From assembly GCA_951406725.2 (NCBI GenBank), contig OX597817.1, positions 172,980,001 through 173,044,000 on the forward strand: 64,000 nucleotides of DNA, given 5' to 3'. The notes below the pieces were generated by a model. That model saw nothing but the letters and a program-made list of their open reading frames with translations, ran no database searches and was not told the DNA's origin. The stretch comes from Octopus vulgaris. Its lineage: Eukaryota. A program made the translations under genes and the position numbers. How positions within the stretch are numbered: the first letter of the stretch is position 1; every line of letters begins with the position of its first letter. Below are positions 54,228 through 64,000 of this stretch, piece by piece.

Positions 54228-54810
54228 CAGCAGCAGCTTATAATGTGCAGAAAGAGACCCTGTGAGACCTCTGACAAAAGGTTGCTGTGTGCCCTCACAG
54301 AATCAACCAGAGTAAACATGACTAAGTGCCCTGAGAAGTAAAACAATAATAATACAATTACAATAACCAAGTGTCGCCTTAGTCTACTGGTTGTAGGCAA
54401 CTAACACTTTCCATCATATCCAGCAAAATAAGCTGAGGTTTTCGTCAAATAATAATACTAGTAATAATAATAAATATGTGATGCATATACCTGGTGTACT
54501 CTTATCAGATGGGTACTCATGATGGGTATATCAGACTTCATATATTTGTACCCTAGTGTCACTTTCATGGCGTGCACTGCTCTCTTACTCAATAATAATA
54601 ATAATAATGATAATGGTAATTTATGTTTACTTTTTTATTTTTTTATTTTTTCCTTTTTCTCTCTGTCTTCCCTTTTTTCTCCATCACATGAAATTGTTAA
54701 TGAACAATCTAGTGTGTTTATTTTAATGGTCTACAGTATGTTTCTCTACCCTAGGTGTCAGGAAGACACTCAGCAAGAAATGGAAGCAACTGAAAGATGA
54801 TGCTAATGAA

Positions 54811-54855
<45 letters not shown>

Positions 54856-55860
54856 TAACTGATTGGAAGTGTTATTATGTACATTGTTTTGTTTTGGTAT
54901 AAAAGATGGGCTACAGCAAATATTCTGCTCAATACCACAGATTTGCTTGTCAGTTGTTTGACCGTAACCAGTTGACCATCTCTCTTAGTGGCTGACGATA
55001 AGTGCATCTCTGATCATGAGAAGAAGCAGTGGGGGAGCATCATAGCCGTGTGTTAAAAGGAATTCTTAGAGATTTGGATAATTCACCTTTGGAAACATGG
55101 GTAGTTCGTTCAACATCCTTAAACAATCCTTATTCAGGGACCTTTTTAGCAGGATGGGTTACTCAACCAGAAGTAAATTCTAACTGGGCCCCACCTGAAA
55201 GGTCATGCGCTGTTTATCTTGATATGAGATCCCCATGTCGTGCACATATGGTTACGATGCATGTGCCTGGTATACCCTTATCAGATTCTGTCAGCTTGCC
55301 ACCTTGATGATGATGACGACGACAACAACAACAACAATGCAAAACCAGACAGTGGCTCTCATGGCTTCTGGTCTTAACTGATTGGAAGTCTTACCATGTA
55401 CATGTATTTTCTTGTAGTAAAAGATGGGCTATAACAAATTTTCTGCTCAAACCCACAGATATGTTTGTCAGTTGAGCATGCTCCTGAATGGCTGATGAGA
55501 TGTGCATCTCTGATCATGAGGGGGAGTAGTAGGGAGAACATCATAGCCATGTATTGAGAAGGATTCTTTGGGTTTTGGATAATTCACCACTGGATACATC
55601 TTTTGTTCTTCTTTAAGCAACCCTTATTCAGAGACCTTTTGAGCAGGATGTGATACTCAACCCAAAGAAAATTCTAACTGGGTCCCACCTGCAAGGTCAT
55701 ATGCTGTTTATCTCGATATGAGGTCACCATGTTGTATGCATATGGCTGTGGTGCATGTGCCAGGTGTACTGTTATCAGACATGTAGTCATGATGGGTAAA
55801 CTGAGCTTCGTATATTTGTACTCCAGTCTTACTTTGATGTCATACGCTGCTCTCTCACTC
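53082..55860 (+). mobile_element. Head-to-tail stack of a 550-bp non-coding element in (AAT)n (copies 53082-53562, 53614-54161, 54476-54590, 54855-55286, 55337-55860)
   Basis: Shared body ggaagtgttatcatgtacattg...ccacctgcaaggtcatg..., with most copies ending ctctctcac(t/a)c-(AAT)n; variable 5' truncation. Confidence 0.88.
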
Positions 55861-55894
<34 letters not shown>

Positions 55895-56074
55895 GCTATT
55901 TGTACTATAGGCATAAAGTCTGAAATTTTTGGGAAAGTTGATAAAATTGATCCCAGTACTTGACTGGTACTTTTTTTATGAACCCCGAAAGAATTAAAGG
56001 CAAAGTTGACCCCAGGGAATTTGTACAAAGAATACAAAGATGGATGGAATGGCAAATAATAATAATTTCTTTTA

Positions 56075-56530
56075 TTTGCCAGCAGACGTAAAGGACCTTT
56101 CAAGAAGAAATTAGCAAAACTGGGAGGGAGGTTTGTGTAGAATTGGGAGGGAGGTTTGTGTAGAATTGGGAGGGAGGTTTGTGTAGAATTGGGAGGGAGG
56201 TTTGTGTAGAATTGATTGCGAAAAGAAAAAAAGCAGGCATGCAAAACAAAAGTTCCATGGAAGAAGATATCTCAGTAGGTGAATGTTGGTGGAGAGCCAC
56301 TTAGAACCAATCGAGAAACTCCACAGATTTAGGATTATCCTAACAACTTAGAGCAAGAAACCCATTCTGTGTTCTACTACATACAGTCATATGGTGAGAG
56401 GAAGCCCATCCGTGCAACCATTCTCACCACTTTCATCCACTTCCCAGAAAATTCCCCCACTTTCTTCTCTAACCGGACCTTGAAGAAGTTGATAAAAGCT
56501 TGGCAGAAAAAAAGAGTCGGTCTTCAAATA
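56075..56530 (-). mobile_element. Probable decayed 3' end of a Tx1/L1-like LINE containing a 23-bp minisatellite
   Basis: Minus-strand peptide QAFINFFKVRLEKKVGEFSGKWMKVVRMVARM followed by a UTR ending AATAAAGAAATTATT. Family assignment is from recall only. Confidence 0.35.
56121..56214. repeat. 23-bp minisatellite, 4 perfect units (TGGGAGGGAGGTTTGTGTAGAAT)
   Basis: Direct reading. Confidence 0.95.
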
Positions 56531-56864
56531 ATACTGATAACATTAAGCTGTGGGAAAATAAAGTAAGAAATCTGTAAAATCTATATTTATCACCTAATAT
56601 CTATATTTAGCAGGAAATCACAATGAAAACCAATAATATGAGCAGGAAAAATGTTCACCCAATTTATGTAGATCAATAATAAAGGTTATTACTGGATGTA
56701 CTCTGTTCTTTCTAGGTCAGAATAACTTTACACTGGCCGGGACACAGGAGATATTGTTATGCAGTCACGAAATATAAGTATGAATAAGTCTATATGAATT
56801 CATGAATACAATAAGTGTTTTCTATTATAGACTCAGTAGGTGGATTTGGTAGACAGAAACTGAA

Positions 56865-57095
56865 GACGGCAAGTTGGCAGAAATGTTAGAGCGCGGGGCA
56901 AAATGCTTAGAGGTATTTCGTCTGCTGCTATGTTCTGAGTTCAAATTCCGTCGAGGTCGACTTAGCCTTTCATCCTTTTGGGGTCGATTAAATAAGTACC
57001 AGTTATGCAGTGGGGTCAATGTAATCAACTTAATTCCTTTGTCTGTCCTTGTTTGTCCCCTCTATGTTTAGCCTCTTGTGAGCAGTAAAGAAATA
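56865..57095 (+). mobile_element. SINE family B nested in a family A-related copy
   Basis: TSD agaaactgaa at 56855-56864 and 57096-57105. Confidence 0.88.
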
Positions 57096-58505
57096 AGAAA
57101 CTGAAAGAAGCCCTTAATATGTACATCTATGTATGTGTGTGTGTGTGTGTATGTGTGTGTGTCTGGGTGAGTGTGTTTGTGTAGCATTGTGTGATTGTTG
57201 TAAATGAGTGTTACTGTTATACAATTGGTGTCACTCTATTTTCAAACTTCCACTAAAACACATTCACCTACAGGTTAACCAATAGGCAAATGTGTTTTAT
57301 GCTATATTTACCTTGCTATAGCAAGATAAATATTACCTTGATATATTTATTAACCCACGCAAGAATGGAAAAGAAGACGTTAAAATAGCGATATTGATTG
57401 ATGATGATGATGATGAGGAGGAGGAGGAGGAATAAGTTAAAAAAAGAACAGTAAAATAGATAAGAATTATATTAAGACAAGAATTGTCTCCATAAAAAAA
57501 TGCAAAACTATATAAGTGAATTCATTTGGGAGTGAAATATCGATAATGAATGCAGAAGATGTAACTTAGATGTGTAGTGTTTGCTTATAACAAAAATTCA
57601 GTTTAGGTGCAGGAAAGGCAGTCTGGCTAAGAAGATTGATTCACAACCAAATGGTTCCTGTTTCAAGCCTGCTTTATGACACTTAGGGCAAGTGCCTTTT
57701 GCCACAGCACCAAGCTGACTATTACCTTGTTAGTGGTGAGATTGCATGAGGTTGCATGCAGCCTATATACTCTACTATTACTCATTCTGTACCTCTAGTT
57801 AGCACTTCCTCACCCCTGGGACACTTATCATTGATATCTTTAATTTGCTCTCACCATCCATTCACCTCTACATCTATCCATAACTCTACTACTTCAAACC
57901 AGTCACTGTTTCTATAATCACAGTCTTCCTCCATTCACTCACCCACCTGGTTTTTTTCTGCTAGCATTCACTGGATCTTTTATCTCCTTCTTCAGCCACA
58001 TGACTGAGTAAATGATTATATCACAAAGAAAAGACATTTCTAATCTTATGGGGTACAAAGCACTATAAAATCCCACCAGGACATTCCATAATTTAATTGG
58101 CAAATGTACAGAGATGTGGGTTCAACAGGACCCTCTGGTCATGCCAAGGACATGGCAACCTCTTTAGTGCTGGTGGCATGATAAAGTGTACCCAGTACAC
58201 AATATAAAGTGGAAGCTGTTATGAAGGGTATCCAGCCATAGAAACCAAGCCCAAAATGAAATGTATGAGAGAGGTGTGATCCTCTCACTCATCTAAGAAG
58301 GCAGTAGATCCAAATAAGAATTGACTCAGAAAGTAACGACTAATCCAACACATGCCAGCATGGAAATCACATATAAAATGACAACAATGATGTGATGTGT
58401 GTATTGTATGCATGTAAATGTGTGTGTATGTGCATATGTGCGTATGTGTATGTATGTGTGTGTGTGTATGTGTGTGTGTGTGTGTGTGAGTATATATATA
58501 CATAT

Positions 58506-58639
58506 ACTTTTTATTAAAGCTGCAAAATATTCACAGAACTGTTACACAGAGTTTCACGTTGCCATTGTGATGGAAATGAACAGGAACGTGAAACTCTGAG
58601 TAACAGCTCTGTGAAAATTTTGCAGCTTTAATAAAAAGT
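58506..58639. repeat. Inverted repeat, 55-bp arms with 3 mismatches and a 24-nt loop
   Basis: 58506-58560 is the reverse complement of 58585-58639. Confidence 0.93.
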
Positions 58640-59010
58640 TTATTACTCTACCTTTGGCATTCAATTACTATTTTTTCACCTTGTTTTGCATTTGTGTGCT
58701 CACCTCTGTGTGTGTGTGTATACATATGCATGTAAAAGAAATAAAATGACAAGGTAAGAAGAAATCATGCAATGAACTTCATTTGCTCACAGCTGTTTCT
58801 GCTATAAGATGCAATGCACTCATAGATGAGTGCTCGTGTATCACCCTATAGCTTCATCTTGTTCCTTTGTCATTTATCCAGTCTTTTTTATTACACTTTG
58901 TACTTGACTAACACTTTTTCTGAAGTATATGTATACTGAGTTCAAACACTAGGTTAGTAACATTGCAATGTCTAAGCAAAATATCAAAACATACATGTGT
59001 GTGCGTGTGC

Positions 59011-59062
<52 letters not shown>

Positions 59063-59063
<1 letters not shown>

Positions 59064-59574
59064 CGTAAATCCTTGAGTATAATCTGCACTTTTTCCCCAT
59101 AATCTAAAGGTCAAAATCCCTAGTGCGTACTATATACGAAGTTAAAAATGAAAATTATTTTCTAAGCAATGTCTGAGTCTTTATTTGCTGTCTGGCAATG
59201 TTTATTCAGACACATTTTGTGATGTCGGGCACGAAAATACCTTAAGATAAGCCTGAAAGCAATGAAGTCATAAAAGAATCATCCATAATTTGCAATAAGC
59301 AACATTCATTAAATGTTATTACTGTTATTTCTTTATTTTCTGCAAACAAAATGCACAAAAAAGCTACACGTTTGCATTATGTTATATATACAATAATAAT
59401 AAAGAACATTACCGTACACAGTTTTACAAACCAAAGACATTATATAGACCTCCTTGACTCAAGTTAGAGAAGGAGTGCGTATTATACACAAGGTTTAGGT
59501 TTTTCAGAGGTACAGCCCCCTAAAAATCCCCTGTGTATTATACTCAAGGGCGGACTATACTCGAGGACTTACGG
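59063..59574. mobile_element. Non-autonomous Tc1/mariner-like DNA transposon (512 bp) in a TA tract
   Basis: TIR CCGTAAATCCTTGAGTATA / TATACTCGAGGACTTACGG, TA on both sides, subterminal gtattatac-type repeats. Confidence 0.82.
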
Positions 59575-59587
59575 TATATATATACAT

Positions 59588-59797
59588 ACTCTTTTACTCT
59601 TTTACTTGTTTCAGTCATTTGACTGTGGCCATGCTGGAGCACCGCCTTTAGTCGAACAAATCGACCCCGGGACTTATTCTTTGTAAGCCTAGTACTTATT
59701 CTATCAGTCTCTTTTGCCGAACCGCTAAGTGACGGGGACGTAAACACACCAGCATCGGTTGTCAAGCAATGCTAGGGGGACAAACACAGACACACAA

Positions 59798-59844
<47 letters not shown>

Positions 59845-60003
59845 TACGACAGGCTTCTTTCAGTTTCCGTCTACCAAATCCACTCACAAGGCATTGGTCA
59901 GCTCGAGGCTATAGCAGAAGACACTTGCCCAAGATGCCACGCAGTGGGACTGAACCCGTAACTATGTTGTTGGTAAACAAGCTACTTACCACACAGCCAC
60001 TCC
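59588..60003 (-). mobile_element. SINE family A, young copy
   Basis: Head, core and tail present; CpGs intact. Confidence 0.92.
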
Positions 60004-60405
60004 TATATATATATATATATACATATATGTATATATATATATATGTATATATATGTATGTATATATATATATAGATATAGATATATATATGTATATATAT
60101 AGATATATATATGTAAATATACGTTTAAGCTATGAGTTTCTGTACAGTTTCTCTTTCTACCAAATTCCATATACAAAGCTTTGGTTGGCTTCAGACTATC
60201 ATAAAAGACACTTGCACAAAGTGCTGTGCACTGGGATGGAACCTAAAACTACAAGGTTACCAAGCAAACTCCTACTTAACCACACAAACATATTAGCAAA
60301 CAATAATACTGAAACATTACCTAAAAATCTCCCATTACAGACCTTAACCAACAGTCCATGAAAAAGCTCTGGAACTGAGAAACAATCACTGAAGCATGAC
60401 AAGCA

Positions 60406-60482
<77 letters not shown>

Positions 60483-61047
60483 TCAGTATATCCATCACTT
60501 TTATCTTGAAGAGCTTCCCAAGCATTGACATGACAATATAACTTTCTAAAAGTTTAAAGATATGGTGGATAATAGATAGATCAATAAACATGATGTTTCT
60601 TTCTCTTGGGGATTGATAATTATGGTCCCCATCTCAGTTTTCCATAAATAAATAAATATGTACTGGAAGCTTTTTACAACGAACTTTTTGCCAGCAAACT
60701 GCCATTACTATATTAACGGATGTGACTGTAAGTAGAGAGAGATATCCAAAAATGTCAGGCCTGGTTGAAGTGGAAATGACAGAAGCCGTTAATAAATGCT
60801 CTGAATAATAAAAAGCAATGTGAAGAGGGCAACGAATGAATTGGCATTAACAGTTGATACAAATCAACAAGGAATTGGTGAAGCATGAAGGACGGGTGAC
60901 AGTGAAAGATTAACAGAAAGAGGAAGGAGAGAGAGAATGATGGCAAATAATGATGATGATGATGATGATGATGATAATAATAATAATTGCTTTCAAATTT
61001 TGGCATAGGGCCAGTAATTTTGGGGAGGGATAAGTTGATTAATAATG

Positions 61048-61099
<52 letters not shown>

Positions 61100-61101
<2 letters not shown>

Positions 61102-61618
61102 GCCCTGATGCAGTACCACAGTACCAGGCAGTGGCTCTCGTGGCTTCTAATCTTAACTGATTGGAAGTGTTATCACATACATTGTTTTGTCTTGGTATTA
61201 AAGATGGACTACAGCAAATATTCTGTTCAATACCACAGATTTGCTTATCATTGTTTGACCGTAACTTGTTGACCATGTCCCTTAGTGGCTGACAATATGT
61301 GCATCTCTGACCACGAGCAGAAGTAGTGGGGAGCATCATAGCCATGTGTTGAGAGAGATTCTTTGGGGTTTGAATAATTCACCTCTGGAAACATGGGTGT
61401 TTCAATCAACATCCTTAAACAACCCTTATTCAGGAACTGGGCCCCACCTGCAAGGTCATGTGCTGTTTATCTTGATATTAGATCACCATGTCGCGCACAT
61501 ATGGTTGTGAATGATGTACCTGGTGTACCCTTATTAAACGGGTAGTCATGATGGGTATACTGGGCTTCGTATATTTTACCCCAATGTCATATTGATGGCA
61601 TGTACTGCTCTCTCACAC
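61100..61618 (+). mobile_element. Solo copy of the 550-bp (AAT)n-associated element
   Basis: Same body as 53614-54161, with an internal deletion; (AAT)n on both sides. Confidence 0.88.
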
Positions 61619-61653
<35 letters not shown>

Positions 61654-62703
61654 TAATAATAATAATGTGATATGTAGATCCTATTTTTGGTTCCTAAAAC
61701 AGGGTTTTATGGGGGTGATTTTTGGAAAAATATCTGAATGTTCTTTTCTATATATATTCTGGTCTCTGCAGCTGAAGAGGAGATAACTGCTATGAAATGC
61801 ATGTATCCAACAATCTGGTTAGGTGGCACTGTGGGCTGACTCACTGTATGTACATGAAATGTGTTGCGTGCCCTTTTCTTTCATTTGTTCACTCACTCAT
61901 GTGTATATACATGCCTGGAGTGATGTGAGGTCCGGAAGATGGGTTGCAATGGAATGCTGCTAGCTCCAATGTTATTAGAGTTGCATCTTTCTAGCCAGTC
62001 TGTCTAGCCTTGTCCTCTTCCCCTAGGGTCAGTCATTGATCCACCATTGGAGGCCTTAGTTTGGTGTGTTGAGGGACAAGGACAGCGCTCCTGTGCCCTT
62101 CTTTGAACAGATCTTGTTTTTAGTTTTGATGGGTGCCCTCACACCCTCCTCAAAGATCCAGCATTTTTTTCTTTTTTACAAAAGCCCTGCAGCAATGAGA
62201 TACGAATTGTGGGAGCAGGTTTTGGTGAAACTAGAAGCTCCCAATCTGGACCTGCACATTAGTGGCAGATGTAAGATGATCACTTCCTAGGACCTGGTGA
62301 TAACCTAGGGACTCGGTCCTACATCTGTGACTGGGCAGGCCTATTTGGGAACACTGCTGCTCACCCTAAATGCGGAAGGCCCTATATGTGTATGTATGTA
62401 TTATAACAATAATCCTTGGATAGAATTTAGAAATGTTGAATGCATTGCCAAGCACATTTCCACAAATCCCATATCTCTTAAGATCACAGCCCATATTCCT
62501 GGGATGATTACAAATGTTTATAAATTCCATCCATGGATTATCATTATTATTACTATTATATTTATCCTACATTCTTTTGGTACAGCTCGATGCAACCCCA
62601 AAAAAACTGGTTCACCAGTCTGCACCATTAGACTGTGGTCAGCATAATAGAATAGAAGCTTTATTTGCATATTCAAAATGTTTCCCATTAACAAATTTAA
62701 AAG

Positions 62704-62743
<40 letters not shown>

Positions 62744-62744
<1 letters not shown>

Positions 62745-63036
62745 GAGGCGCAATGACCTAGTGGTTAGGGCAGCGGACTCGCGGTCGTAGGATCGCGGTT
62801 TCGATTCCTAGACCGGGCGTTGTGAGTGTTTATTGAGCGAAAACACCTAAAAGCTCCACGACGCTCCGGCAGGGGGTGGTGATCCCTGCTGTACTCTTTC
62901 ACCACTCTTTCTCTCACTCTTCTGTTGGCCTTCTCGCTTAGCCAGCGGGGTGGTGTCATTCGAAGGCTAAAACAATGCGAACGCATTGTGACCAGCAATG
63001 TGTAACAACATCTGATGGTCTGGTCGGTCACGTGAT

Positions 63037-63043
<7 letters not shown>
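62744..63043 (+). mobile_element. Young tRNA-derived SINE inserted in a TG/TA microsatellite
   Basis: A-box-like TGACCTAGTGG, tRNA-like arm gcggactcgcggtcgt, B-box-like GTTTCGATTCC; CpG-rich; ends cacgtgatcacgtga then (TA)n. May correspond to the octopus OR-type SINEs (recalled, unverified). Confidence 0.82.
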
Positions 63044-63110
<67 letters not shown>

Positions 63111-64000
63111 TATAGACATACACATGCTGCTGCTGCTTTCAATAGTTTCTAGTGTATGAGGGTCACTCATCATTATCTTCACATAAACTGTTTATTCTTG
63201 AGACGGATCATCTAAAAACTGGATGGTTTTCACTGCAAGTCAACAAGTTAAAATTATCGAAAGGAGCAGTGGATTGCATGTCGGACATTATTGTCACAAG
63301 GAGTGAAATATGATTAATTCATAGCTTTAAGATTTATTGATAATCAATGTGAGAATATTGCAAAACAAGTAAATGTTTGTTGAATAATTAAAAAATGAAA
63401 AAGATTAATTAATACTAAAATGTGTAAACTTAGATTAAAAAAACAGATTAATATTTCAATTTGCAAATTTTCAGGGGGATAAAAATGCAATTTATAAAGC
63501 AAGGATGAAATTTTATAGCAGATATGATAGAATTAGGAATGAAAACAGCTGCAACAGTCTCATGTTTAAATATTGAGCTAAATGTTATTTTTCATGGCCA
63601 TTCTGCAGCTCGTGATAGGTCAATTTATTTGAAATTATATGATGTTGTGTGCACAAATACACACAAGTACACACACACACACAAATAAATAAATAAATAA
63701 ATACAAATATAATCCCCACATCTACCAGCTAGATAAACAAGCAGTATACAGGGGCATATATACTCTGTAGAGTGGTTGGCATTAGGAAGGGCATCCAGTT
63801 GCAACCAAACCAAAACAGACTATGGAACTTGGTGTGACCCCTGGCCTTGCCAATTCCTGCCAAGCCATCCAACCCATACCAGCATGAAAAACAGACATTA
63901 AACAATGATTATTATTATTATTATGATGTTAAGTGATTATGATGATGATGATGATGATGATCAGGTACTCTAAAATCTTTTGGTGAACAAATGAATCTTT

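Noticed and set aside
56121-56214. CRISPR-like array
   Set aside because: Contiguous units with no spacers, eukaryotic context, no cas genes.
60755-61345. 196-aa minus-strand ORF
   Set aside because: Runs antisense through the 550-bp repeat and ATT/CAT microsatellites.
62744-62820. tRNA gene
   Set aside because: tRNA-like head continues into a SINE body; no complete cloverleaf or oligo-T terminator.

Overview
AT-rich eukaryotic DNA packed with microsatellites and repeats. The SINE repertoire resembles that of octopus (inference from recalled repeat families; no search run). Almost all long ORFs in the supplied track are microsatellite or SINE artefacts. Real coding signal is limited to: (i) two phase-compatible minus-strand exons of an unidentified host gene (16130-16094 and 13748-13288); (ii) a nearly intact, 5'-truncated CR1-group LINE (about 23200-26280, minus) whose APE-RT ORF2 is broken only by two 1-nt homopolymer frameshifts; (iii) decayed 3' ends of CR1, RTE, R4/Dong and probably Tx1/L1 LINEs. 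The rest is several SINE families (labelled A, B, C here), MITEs (piggyBac-, hAT- and Tc1/mariner-like), a Helitron-like 5' end and simple repeats. Most notable observations: a spacer-less palindrome of about 970 bp centred at 44168/44169; three apparently independent insertions of one SINE subfamily at the same GAAACT site of another SINE; a head-to-head pair of tRNA-headed elements carrying a degenerate Penelope-type minimal hammerhead ribozyme; a G_GGA_AAC_TAA slippery site linking LINE ORF1 to an ORF2 with no ATG before its endonuclease domain; and an (AAT)n landing pad stacked with R4/Dong-type 3' ends and a 550-bp non-coding element. Repeat boundaries were read by eye and are approximate unless TSDs or TIRs are quoted.
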